50,443 nucleotides of DNA from positions 1 through 50,443 of the forward strand of contig JBOGXL010000075.1 in NCBI GenBank assembly GCA_050694575.1, written 5' to 3'. Made by a program: the position numbers and the translations under genes. Shown one piece after another: positions 8,745 to 16,850 of the stretch (position 1 is the first letter of the stretch; every line of letters begins with the position of its first letter). The stretch is from Actinomycetota bacterium (lineage in GTDB: Bacteria; Actinomycetota; JAICYB01). The notes beneath the pieces are model-generated. The model saw only the letters and a list, made by a program, of their open reading frames with translations. It did not search any database and was not told the DNA's origin.

Positions 8745-9908
8745 ATGAGCGCCGAGTCCGGCTCGACCGGCGGCATCCAGATCCCCAAGCCACCCGAAGG
8801 GTGGTGGGAGCGCGTCCCCGTTCTGCGGGAGCTCTACAGACTGCTCGTCTCGACCGATCCGGTGAACTGGGAGCTCGCACGGCAGGTCGGCGTCGCGCTC
8901 GCGTCCGACGAAGAACCCGAGATCGGCGACATCGAGGCCGAGCGAGAAGAGCTCGAGACTCTGACGCGGGCCGCCGGTGTCGAGGCTGAATCCTTCTCCG
9001 GTCTCGGCTCGGCGGCGGTGGCTCCGGTGCATGCCGTGAGCCGTGCGCAGTGGGTCGAAGCCAACATCGACTCGTTCCGCCTGCTGATGGACCCGCTGGC
9101 TTCCAAGCTCACGCCGGGAGGCGACATCCCCATCGCCGGCGCCGCGCAGATCTTTCGCCAAGTGGGCGGCGTGTTCATGGGCCTGCAGACGGGATTCGTT
9201 CTCGGCTACCTCGGGAAGCACGTTCTCGGTCAGTACGAGCTCCCGTTGCCGGCGCCGGAGTCCAACCGCCTCCTCTACGTCGTCGCGAATCTGCACGAGA
9301 TCGAGCGGGATTGGGAGCTCGACCCGAAGGAGTTCCGGTACTGGATCGCCCTGCACGAGATCACGCATCACATCGAGTTCAGCAAGCCGTGGGTGCGGAC
9401 GTACTTCCGCAACCAGGTGAAGACCCTCATCGAATCACTCGACTTCGACCCGTCCCGCATGCAGACGGCGTTCGAAGGCCTGGGCATGCTCGATCCCGAA
9501 CAGCTCGCACAGACGCTCGGCGACCCGGACCGCCTGATCCAGGCCGCATGGACGCCCCTGTCGAAGGACGCGATGCAACGCCTGCAGGCCTTCATGACGC
9601 TGGCCGAGGGGTACGCGACCTTCGTGATGGACGCGGTCGGAGCGCGCGTCCTTTCCTCTCATGGACGACTGAAGGAGGTCATGGAGCGCCGCCGCGCCGT
9701 CGGTTCCCCCGGCGAGGAGCTCTTCGAGCGGTTGCTCGGTCTCGAGCTGAAACGTCAGCAGTACGAGGAGGGAGTGAAGTTCTGTCGCTACGTGGCCGGC
9801 GTGCGGGACGTCGAATCGCTCAATCGCGCCTGGGACAACCCCGACTCGCTTCCGACCTCCGAGGAGCTGCTCAACCCCGACGCCTGGATGGCGCGCGTTT
9901 TCGATTAG
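8745..9908 (+). CDS. Zinc-metalloprotease-like hydrolase (DUF2342 / F420-biosynthesis-associated putative hydrolase family)
   Basis: ORF 8631..9908 trimmed to ATG 8745. An HExxH motif is present (ALHEITHHIEF). The overall pattern matches the actinobacterial DUF2342 family as I remember it. Confidence 0.82.
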   Translation: MSAESGSTGGIQIPKPPEGWWERVPVLRELYRLLVSTDPVNWELARQVGVALASDEEPEIGDIEAEREELETLTRAAGVEAESFSGLGSAAVAPVHAVSRAQWVEANIDSFRLLMDPLASKLTPGGDIPIAGAAQIFRQVGGVFMGLQTGFVLGYLGKHVLGQYELPLPAPESNRLLYVVANLHEIERDWELDPKEFRYWIALHEITHHIEFSKPWVRTYFRNQVKTLIESLDFDPSRMQTAFEGLGMLDPEQLAQTLGDPDRLIQAAWTPLSKDAMQRLQAFMTLAEGYATFVMDAVGARVLSSHGRLKEVMERRRAVGSPGEELFERLLGLELKRQQYEEGVKFCRYVAGVRDVESLNRAWDNPDSLPTSEELLNPDAWMARVFD

Positions 9909-9909
9909 G

Positions 9910-11634
9910 TCAGCGCTTCGCGAGGAAACCGCGCAACCGCTCGAGGGGCCAGGTGTTGATCACCTCGTCCGGCTCTACCCAGCCGCGTTGCGCGGTCGCA
10001 ACACCGAAGTGCATGTTGTCGAGCTCGGCGGCCGAGTGGGCGTCCGTCGAGATGGCGAACCGAGGACCGTGCTCTCGAGCCCAACGGACGTGCTCGTCGC
10101 GCAGGTCCAGCCGATAGGGATGTCCGTTGATCTCGAGGGCCACCCGGTGCTGCGCCGCCGCGCGCGCGACCTCCGCCACGTCGAAGTCGATACCCTCGCG
10201 CCTGTCGAGACGGCGACCGGACGGATGGCCTATCACGTGAACGTGCGGGTTCTCGATCGCTCGCAGCAGACGCTTCGTCTGCTCGGCCCGGGAGAGCTTG
10301 AACTGGCTGTGGATCGACGCGACGCAGATGTCGAAGCCGGCGAGGACGTCGTCCGGGTAGTCGAGGGTGCCGTCCCGGTCGATGTTCAGCTCGACGCCGT
10401 GCAGCACGGTCAGACGGGAGCCCAGCTCGGCGTTGAGCTCGGCGATCTCCGCTCGCTGATCTCGTATGTCTCGCGGTGAGAGGTTCCGCATGTACGTCAA
10501 TCGGGCACCGTGGTCGGTGACGGCGTAGTACTCGTAACCCTTCTCCGCCGCGGCGAGGGCCATGGCGCGCACGCCGAGCTTTCCGTCCGAGTACGTGGAA
10601 TGGCTCTGCAGGTCGCCGTGCATGTCCTCCAGCCGTACGACGCGCGGTAGCTCGCGGCGGAGGGCCGCCTCCACCTCACCGCGATCCTCTCGCATGGTCG
10701 GCGGCACCCAGTCCATGCCCAGCCGCTCGTAGACCTCCTCCTCGGTGCGAGAGGCGATGCGCTCGTCTTCGGGAACACGGTGCAACCCGTACTCCGACAA
10801 CTTGAAGCCGAGCCGGACGGCGTGCTCACGCACCTTGACGTTGTGCGCCTGAGAGCCCGTGAAGTACTGCAGCGCTGCACCCCACGCGATGGGAGCGACG
10901 ACGCGCAGGTCGATCTGGAAGCCGCGCGTCGTGATCACGCTCGCCTTGGTGGGACCCTCCACCTTCGATGTGCGCACCGAAGGCAGCGAGCGGAAAGCAT
11001 CCATCACCTCCTCCGGACGGTCGCTGGCCGCCAGAAGGTCGATGTCGCCTATCGTCTCGCGCATGCGGCGCAGCGAGCCGGCGTAGGCGCACCGGACAAC
11101 GGCTTCGCACTCGCGGAGCTGCTCGAGCATCCCTTCGGCGAGAGGCAGCGCCCGGGCGAGGAGCATGCGCTGGTCGCTCTGCACGCCGCGCTGGAGCGCA
11201 TCGAGTATCTGCTCCTCGGACCGGGGGCCGAACCCTTTGACGTCTCGCAAGCGATGAGCGACCACCGCTTCCTCCAATTCCTCGACCGAGGAGATCCCGA
11301 GCTCACGGAACGCGACCATCGCTCGCTTCGGCCCCATCCCCGGTATCCGTGTGAGCTGACGCATACCGGGTGGCACCTCCGTCCGGAGTTTCTCCAGTGT
11401 CGGGATCGATCCCGTCGCGCAGAACTCGAGGACGCGGCCGGCGACACCCTTGCCGATGCCCCGCACCGTCGTGAGCTGCTCGGCCGACAGCTCGCAGACG
11501 TCGCGGCCGAGGGCCTCAATCGCTTCAGCGGCACGTCGGAAACCGAGGACGCGGAATCTGTTCTCACCCTTGAGCTCGAGCAGGTCGGCGATCTCGTGGA
11601 GCGCAGCCGCGACTTCGGTGTTCCTGTCGGCCAC
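9910..11634 (-). CDS. polX: DNA polymerase/3'-5' exonuclease PolX (family X polymerase + PHP domain)
   Basis: The N-terminal Pol-beta-like HhH region contains IADLLELKGENRFRVLGFRRAA and VRGIGKGVAG. A nucleotidyltransferase core follows. The C-terminal PHP domain contains GDLQSHSTYSDG and ISTDAH. Confidence 0.92.
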   Translation of the reverse strand: MADRNTEVAAALHEIADLLELKGENRFRVLGFRRAAEAIEALGRDVCELSAEQLTTVRGIGKGVAGRVLEFCATGSIPTLEKLRTEVPPGMRQLTRIPGMGPKRAMVAFRELGISSVEELEEAVVAHRLRDVKGFGPRSEEQILDALQRGVQSDQRMLLARALPLAEGMLEQLRECEAVVRCAYAGSLRRMRETIGDIDLLAASDRPEEVMDAFRSLPSVRTSKVEGPTKASVITTRGFQIDLRVVAPIAWGAALQYFTGSQAHNVKVREHAVRLGFKLSEYGLHRVPEDERIASRTEEEVYERLGMDWVPPTMREDRGEVEAALRRELPRVVRLEDMHGDLQSHSTYSDGKLGVRAMALAAAEKGYEYYAVTDHGARLTYMRNLSPRDIRDQRAEIAELNAELGSRLTVLHGVELNIDRDGTLDYPDDVLAGFDICVASIHSQFKLSRAEQTKRLLRAIENPHVHVIGHPSGRRLDRREGIDFDVAEVARAAAQHRVALEINGHPYRLDLRDEHVRWAREHGPRFAISTDAHSAAELDNMHFGVATAQRGWVEPDEVINTWPLERLRGFLAKR

Positions 11635-11637
11635 CGA

Positions 11638-12945
11638 CTACGAGCCGCCGGGCGGACCGAGGACGCGATCGAGATAGCCGTTGCGGAAGAGTCCGGTCGG
11701 ATCGAGCTTGTCGCGGACGTCCATGAAGTCGCGCCACCCCGGGTAAGCACCCGCCAGCGAAGCCGCATCGCGGAAATGGAGCTTCCCCCAATGCGGACGT
11801 CCGTCGAAGGACATCATGATCTCCTCGACCGCGCCGAAGTACGGGCGATAGTCCATGCCGCGATACAGGTGCACGGCTATGTAGCACGTCTGGCGTCCAT
11901 GGGCGGGGCTGAGCGTGATGTCGTCGCCGGCGACGAAGCGCACCTCGACCGGGAAGTTCACCTTGAAGTCTCGCTCGTCGATCATCGCTCGCAGCTTCTC
12001 GATCGCGTCGCGCGCGTTCTCCCGAGGGATGGCGTACTCCATCTCCGAGAACCTGACGAGCCGAGGGCTGGCGTAGATGTGATCGGACCTGTCGACCTTC
12101 TGCATCCGTCCGATCCCCGACGCCACGACGTCGCGCATGAGCGACGGGATCTTGTCCGGACGGGCCCGGCCGTATCGGGACACGAGACCGAAAGCGACGT
12201 TCGACATGATGATCTCGCTGCGGAACGCCTTCCACGGCCGGCGGGGCGTGGGGTCCCGGTCGGTGCGGTTGTTGCGCTTCATATGCACGACCGAGCTGTG
12301 CGGGAACCAGAAGAACTCGAAATGCTCGTTCTCCGCGATGTGCTCGTCGAGGGCGCCGAGGACATCGTCGAGCTCGGCCCCCTCTTCACGGGCGTGAAGG
12401 TTGAACGCGGGTTCGCAGCGCAGTGTCACCGTCGAGATGACGCCCAGGGCGCCGAGGCTCACCTGCGCGGCGCGGAACAGCCGCTCGTCGGCTTCCGGTG
12501 AGCATCGCAGGGTGCTGCCGTCGGCACACACCAAGGTGAGGTGCGTCACGAACGTTCCGAGGTTGCCGAAGTTGATGCCGGTCCCGTGCGTCGCCGTCGA
12601 GATCGCGCCGGCGATCGATTGGTAGGCGATGTCTCCCAGGTTCGACATCGCCAGGCCCACTTCAGCCAGACGCCGGTTGAGCTGCTTGATGGAGATGCCC
12701 GCCTCGACGGTGACCGTTCCGGCTTCCTTGTCCACGTCGAGCACACGGTTGTACCGATCGAGCGACACCATCACTCCGTCGGTACAGGCGATGTCGGTGA
12801 AGGAGTGGCCGGCGCCGCGCACCTTGACGGTGCGGCCCCGGCGAACGGCGCCGGCGACTATCGACCGGATCTCTTCTTCCGTACGCGGACGCTTCAGGGC
12901 GACCGGATGACAAGACTGGGTCCGCCCCCAGTTCCGCCACCTCAT
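11638..12945 (-). CDS. FAD-linked L-gulono-/D-arabinono-1,4-lactone oxidase/dehydrogenase family protein
   Basis: The FAD-binding PCMH domain contains VRGAGHSFTD, and the ALO-type C-terminus contains GRPHWGK. Its ATG overlaps the upstream stop (ATGA at 12942-12945). Confidence 0.9.
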   Translation of the reverse strand: MRWRNWGRTQSCHPVALKRPRTEEEIRSIVAGAVRRGRTVKVRGAGHSFTDIACTDGVMVSLDRYNRVLDVDKEAGTVTVEAGISIKQLNRRLAEVGLAMSNLGDIAYQSIAGAISTATHGTGINFGNLGTFVTHLTLVCADGSTLRCSPEADERLFRAAQVSLGALGVISTVTLRCEPAFNLHAREEGAELDDVLGALDEHIAENEHFEFFWFPHSSVVHMKRNNRTDRDPTPRRPWKAFRSEIIMSNVAFGLVSRYGRARPDKIPSLMRDVVASGIGRMQKVDRSDHIYASPRLVRFSEMEYAIPRENARDAIEKLRAMIDERDFKVNFPVEVRFVAGDDITLSPAHGRQTCYIAVHLYRGMDYRPYFGAVEEIMMSFDGRPHWGKLHFRDAASLAGAYPGWRDFMDVRDKLDPTGLFRNGYLDRVLGPPGGS

Positions 12946-14093
12946 AACAGGCTCACGTCCGTTTCGATTCCGAGGAGCACACGCCCGGTGAGCTCGTAGG
13001 TCGCCGGCGAGATGACCATGTGCTGGGTGGCCGCGTGCACGTCTCGGAAATGCCGTTGCAATCTGCTGTTCGCATAGATCGAGCTGCCGCCGGCGAGGTC
13101 GTACATCCGGTCCACAACACGGGCCGACGTCCGCGTAGCGTGTGTTGCCGCCAGCCGCAGACGGGCGCGGGCCCTCACGTCGGGCATCGTCCCGTTCTCG
13201 GCGTTAGACCAGGCCGACGACACGACGTGGCCGACGAAGGCGCGTGAAGCCTCGAGCTCGGCCTGCGCCTGCGCGACCTCCATCTGTGCGTGCGCCCGGT
13301 CGGCGAGCCGCCTGCGCGACCCGGTCGGGGTCTTCTCGGTGGCCAAGGCGACGAGCTCGTGTATCGAGTCTCGAGCCGCGCCGAGCGCAACCGATGCCAC
13401 GCCCAAGGCCAGAAGGCCGAAGACGGGGAACGCGTAGAGCGGGCCGCCGGCCGAAGGCGTGCCGCCGACGAGCCGGTACACCCGCTCGTCCGGTACGAAT
13501 ACCTCGGACACGACGACGTCGTTGCTGCCCGTCCCGCGAAGCCCCGAGACGTGCCAGGTGTCGAGGACCTCGACCTCGGACGCGGGCAGAAGCACAGCGC
13601 GGATGTCCGGTGCTCCGTTCTCCCGGATCCGCGGAGCATCACCGTCCATCAGGACGACGCCGAGGCCCAACCACGTCGAGTGCTCCACGCCCGAGGCGAA
13701 CGACCAGCGGCCGCTCACGATCCATCCGCCTTCGGCGGCCACCGCCCGTCCGCTCGGTGCGAAGACCCCGCCCGTGCAGAAGGCCGCGTCCGACGTGACT
13801 ATCTCCTTCGCGACCGTTTGATCCAGGTAGGCGTAGATCAGGCCGGAGGTGGCGCCGATCATCGCGCACCATCCGACGGATGCATCCGCGGCGCTCAGCT
13901 CGCTTATGACCTCGAGCACGGCATCCAGGCGCTCCTCGCCGCCCCCCGCCGACGCCGGCACACACGACTTCCACCACCCGGCCCGGACGAGTGCGTCGGC
14001 GAGCTCGGGCGGCAACCGGCGGGCCTCTTCGATCTCGGCGGCCAGCTCGCGCACCCGGGGGCCGAGCGCTCGCGCCGTCTCGACGTGGTTCAC
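12942..14093 (-). CDS. Acyl-CoA dehydrogenase-fold flavin-dependent monooxygenase/oxidoreductase
   Basis: This 383-aa protein has ACAD-like N, middle beta and C-terminal helical regions (WVSGRWSFASG, TWHVSGLRGTGSNDVVV). It resembles two-component group D monooxygenases rather than canonical FadE enzymes. Its GTG start lies 3 nt after the speB stop. Confidence 0.8.
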   Translation of the reverse strand: MNHVETARALGPRVRELAAEIEEARRLPPELADALVRAGWWKSCVPASAGGGEERLDAVLEVISELSAADASVGWCAMIGATSGLIYAYLDQTVAKEIVTSDAAFCTGGVFAPSGRAVAAEGGWIVSGRWSFASGVEHSTWLGLGVVLMDGDAPRIRENGAPDIRAVLLPASEVEVLDTWHVSGLRGTGSNDVVVSEVFVPDERVYRLVGGTPSAGGPLYAFPVFGLLALGVASVALGAARDSIHELVALATEKTPTGSRRRLADRAHAQMEVAQAQAELEASRAFVGHVVSSAWSNAENGTMPDVRARARLRLAATHATRTSARVVDRMYDLAGGSSIYANSRLQRHFRDVHAATQHMVISPATYELTGRVLLGIETDVSLL

Positions 14094-14096
14094 CCC

Positions 14097-14930
14097 TTAG
14101 TTGTATCGGAGCAGCAACTCGCGGACGAGCACGGCCGCGGCGGCCTGTGTGATCCCCGAGGGATCGAGCGGAGGTGAGACCTCGACCACGTCGAAGGCAA
14201 CGACGTCGAGGTCCGCGAGCGACTCCAGCGACGCCAGGAGCTCGTCGAAGCCCGGCCCTCCCGCTTCGGGGTTGCCGGTTCCGGGTGCTGCGGCCGGGTC
14301 CAGCACGTCGATGTCGACCGTCACGTAGATCGGCCGACCTTCGAGACGTCCCATCACGTCGCCGGGGATCGTCGCCTCCCGCGACAGGTGGGCAAGCACA
14401 TCCCGTGCGTCCTTCCACTCCTGTCGCGCTCCGGAACGGGGACCGAAAACGAAACACTCGACGCCTGCGTCGGCTATGCGCCGGTACGTGCACGCGTGAT
14501 CGCCCGGGTAGTCCTCCCGCAGATCGAGGTGCGCGTCGAAGCCGATGACGGCGAGACGATCTACGCGGGAGGCCACGGCATCCACGGCCGGCGGCGTGAC
14601 GGAGTGATCCCCGCCGATAGACGCGAGCAGGGGACGGCGCAAATCCGACCATGCTGCGTCCAGCAGCGGACCGATGGCCGTGGCCACGGTCTTGCGATCG
14701 TCATGGTCGCCGGCGTCGAGGATGCGAAGGTCCGCAAGATCGCGTTCGGCCCGGGGGCTCCACGACTCGATCGACTCCGAGAACGCACGGATGCCGGAGG
14801 GTCCTTCGACCGCCCCCGACCGGAAGCTGACGCCGCCGTCGGCCGCCAGCCCGACCACTATCCCGTCGACCTGCGACGGATCGAGGTCGGTCTTAGCCGT
14901 GAGGAACGGATGCGGTGACGGCGGACGCAC
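14097..14930 (-). CDS. speB: Agmatinase (ureohydrolase family)
   Basis: Mn-binding ureohydrolase motifs are GGDHSV, FDAHLDL and VTVDIDVLDP. The start is uncertain: GTG 14930 overlaps the speE end by 38 nt, and GTG 14858 is the alternative. Confidence 0.85.
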   Translation of the reverse strand: MRPPSPHPFLTAKTDLDPSQVDGIVVGLAADGGVSFRSGAVEGPSGIRAFSESIESWSPRAERDLADLRILDAGDHDDRKTVATAIGPLLDAAWSDLRRPLLASIGGDHSVTPPAVDAVASRVDRLAVIGFDAHLDLREDYPGDHACTYRRIADAGVECFVFGPRSGARQEWKDARDVLAHLSREATIPGDVMGRLEGRPIYVTVDIDVLDPAAAPGTGNPEAGGPGFDELLASLESLADLDVVAFDVVEVSPPLDPSGITQAAAAVLVRELLLRYN

Positions 14931-15762
14931 GGATCTCTTCGACGAAACCAGGAAGCGCGAACACCGACCGATGGACGTCCGGTGTGTAGAAGCGCGTCGA
15001 GACTCCACGCGCGTCGAGACGCGCCCGGACGGAATCCGGCGACACGGCCGACACCGGCTCACCCGTGGCGCCCGTTACGTAACTCCACAGCACTCCGGGG
15101 TAGGTCGGGACGAACGACACGTACGGTTCCGCTATGGGAAACGACGCCGTCGCATTCGCGACGACCATCCGGAACTCGTCGGCTTGGAACATCGGCGACC
15201 CGGACTGCGTCACGAACACACCGCCCGGACGCAAGGCCCGCCGGCACGAGTCGAAGAAGGTCTCACCGAAGAGCACGGTCGCCGGGCCGATGGGATCGGA
15301 CCCGTCCACGATGACGGCGTCGAAGCTCGCCTCGTGGCGGGCGACGAACGCCGCGCCGTCACCGATCACCACTCGTGCGCGGGGATCATCGAGCGCGCCG
15401 TCGGCTATCCCCGGCATGTACTCGCGGCACACGCGCACGACGGCCTCGTCTATCTCGCACATCACGGCCTCGCGCGGGTTGTGCTCGAGCACCCGCCGCA
15501 GCGCCCCGCCGTCCGCGCCGCCGATGATCAGCACGCGCTCCACGCGATCAAGGGATGCCAGCGTCGGGTGGACGAGCATCTCGTGGTAGCAGAACTCGTC
15601 GCGTTCGGTTGTTTGGATGAGGTCGTCGAGCGTCAGGACAAGACCGAAGTGCGGATGCTCGTAGACGTCGAGCTTCTGGAAGGGCGTCTGTTCGGTGTGG
15701 AGAAGCCGGCCTTCGTAGACCGTCCGGAACCCCTCGGTGACGGCCTCACCGAACCTCTTCAA
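14893..15762 (-). CDS. speE: Spermidine synthase (aminopropyltransferase)
   Basis: ORF 14893..16068 trimmed to TTG 15762 (MKRFGEAVTEGFRTVYEG). The start overlaps the speH stop (TTGA) and GGAGGGGG lies upstream. Motifs are VLIIGGADGG and DAVIVDGSDP. Confidence 0.9.
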   Translation of the reverse strand: MKRFGEAVTEGFRTVYEGRLLHTEQTPFQKLDVYEHPHFGLVLTLDDLIQTTERDEFCYHEMLVHPTLASLDRVERVLIIGGADGGALRRVLEHNPREAVMCEIDEAVVRVCREYMPGIADGALDDPRARVVIGDGAAFVARHEASFDAVIVDGSDPIGPATVLFGETFFDSCRRALRPGGVFVTQSGSPMFQADEFRMVVANATASFPIAEPYVSFVPTYPGVLWSYVTGATGEPVSAVSPDSVRARLDARGVSTRFYTPDVHRSVFALPGFVEEIRASAVTASVPHG

Positions 15763-16103
15763 TCCTGGAGCCCCCTCCGGACCTCCATGATCTGCGTCCG
15801 TCCGGGAAGGAAGTGCTTCTTCATGGCGTCGACGCCGGCGCCGATGTCGGCGTCCATGTTGCAGGTGAAGATGTCGACGGCGGCGTAGCCGTGCTCCGGC
15901 CACGTATGGACCGCCACGTGCGACTCGGCGATGATCGCGACACCGGTGACGCCGTGGACGGGGAACTCGACCACCCGGAGATCGAGGAGCGTCCCGTCGA
16001 TCGCCTCCACTGTGTCTTTGAGCGCTACCTCGAGGGTGTGCGCGTCGTTGAGGTTCGTCGCTTCCCACATCTCGAGGATGAGATGGCGTCCGAGGGCTTT
16101 CAC
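15759..16103 (-). CDS. speH: S-adenosylmethionine decarboxylase proenzyme (small bacterial/archaeal class)
   Basis: ORF 15759..16151 trimmed to GTG 16103 (VKALGRHLILEMWE). The pyruvoyl self-cleavage motif is AIIAESHVAVHTWPE. The start overlaps the pdaD stop (GTGA). Confidence 0.9.
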   Translation of the reverse strand: MKALGRHLILEMWEATNLNDAHTLEVALKDTVEAIDGTLLDLRVVEFPVHGVTGVAIIAESHVAVHTWPEHGYAAVDIFTCNMDADIGAGVDAMKKHFLPGRTQIMEVRRGLQD

Positions 16104-16573
16104 GGGGTCACCTCCTCGCTCTCCAGAAGCAGTACGGCTGCCGTGGCGCAACCGAGTCGATCAACCTTGTGCTCGCTCGTCGCGAAGCGGACGTCGTCGA
16201 GCGCCCATCCACGCCGCGCGAACCCTTCCTCGACCATCGCCTGACAGACGCGTTCCGCATCGTCGGCCGGGCCGCGGTGGTGGTACTCCATCAACACGCC
16301 GCCGTGCTCTCCCGTGCCGGCGGCGATGACGGCTGAGATCACCTCCCCCGGAAGGTTGGAGACGATCTGCGTGTAGACGGTGGGAACGACGGTGCCGACC
16401 GGAAGGTCGGGCCGGGGGCCGAAGCGGGCGTCCTTGGGGACGATGGAGGAGACGCGTATCAAGTTGAGGTTGTCGATACCCGCTTCGCGCAATGCGTTGT
16501 CAAAGGCCGTGAGGGGAGTCAGGCCTTCGGCGCACCCCTGAGTGAGGTGGAGCAGGCGGGGTACGTATAGCAA
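16100..16573 (-). CDS. pdaD: Pyruvoyl-dependent arginine decarboxylase
   Basis: Motifs are GLTPLTAFDNALREAGIDNLNLIRVSSI (the Ser-Ser cleavage site) and GCATAAVLL. I prefer TTG 16573 because the 18 codons between GTG 16627 and 16573 have only about half G/C at third positions, whereas GC3 is high downstream. Confidence 0.86.
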   Translation of the reverse strand: MLYVPRLLHLTQGCAEGLTPLTAFDNALREAGIDNLNLIRVSSIVPKDARFGPRPDLPVGTVVPTVYTQIVSNLPGEVISAVIAAGTGEHGGVLMEYHHRGPADDAERVCQAMVEEGFARRGWALDDVRFATSEHKVDRLGCATAAVLLLESEEVTP

Positions 16574-16661
16574 CCTATGTCGTCCGACATGACAAAACCC
16601 ACCCCCAGCAGTCGGTGGGAAGACCACCCCGCATCAAGAGCGGGCCAACCCGGCAAGTATA
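16574..16661 (-). promoter_or_regulatory. Candidate promoter (TATACT, plus coordinates 16656-16661) and a structured ~75-nt leader of the polyamine operon
   Basis: The minus strand reads TATACT, followed by three hairpins: CCCGC-N7-GCGGG (16628-16644), CCCACC-N10-GGTGGG (16598-16619) and ATGTC-N4-GACAT (16577-16590). The last hairpin ends 3 nt before the TTG start. An out-of-frame 23-codon uORF starts at ATG 16590. Confidence 0.45.
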
Positions 16662-16717
16662 GGGAAACCTCCAAGGGCCGGGGCCGGGCCCGAACTCGAG
16701 AACCCGGCCAGCACGGC

Positions 16718-16745
16718 GGGGTGCGGGGTTGGGGGGTTCGGGGGG
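16718..16745 (+). other. Canonical G-quadruplex-forming motif (G4-N3-G4-N2-G6-N3-G6)
   Basis: The sequence GGGGTGCGGGGTTGGGGGGTTCGGGGGG lies in the divergent intergenic region between pdaD and the DUF3107 gene. Confidence 0.55.
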
Positions 16746-16850
16746 CCGCGGAGCGAAGCGGAGCCGCCGCGCGCAGCGCGGCCGCCCCCCGATCAGAACG
16801 GGAGCGCGCGGGAGCGCGCAAGAGCCAGCACCGGCTAGCATGCTTCTCCC

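Noticed and set aside
10780-12501. A 573-aa plus-strand ORF across the PolX/lactone-oxidase region.
   Set aside because: It is antisense to two genes with strong family motifs, has an Arg/Asp/Leu-rich low-information translation, and crosses a gene boundary on the other strand.
13639-14652. A 337-aa minus-strand ORF, and similar long Arg-rich ORFs at 13290..14177 (+), 5057..6358 (+), 40776..42161 (-), 48926..50290 (-) and 43123..44244 (-).
   Set aside because: They are out-of-frame or antisense shadows of genes with clear motifs (agmatinase/ACAD-like, citrate synthase, aldolase, FrhB-like, Mrp). Only the last 50 codons of 48926..50290 were retained, as the small Cys-rich ORF.
16574-16627. 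GTG 16627 as the pdaD start (the longest ORF).
   Set aside because: Only about half of the 18 extra codons end in G/C, unlike the rest of the gene, and they fold into hairpins. Homology to PdaD starts near LYVPRLL. I keep it as an alternative that would refute the leader hypothesis.
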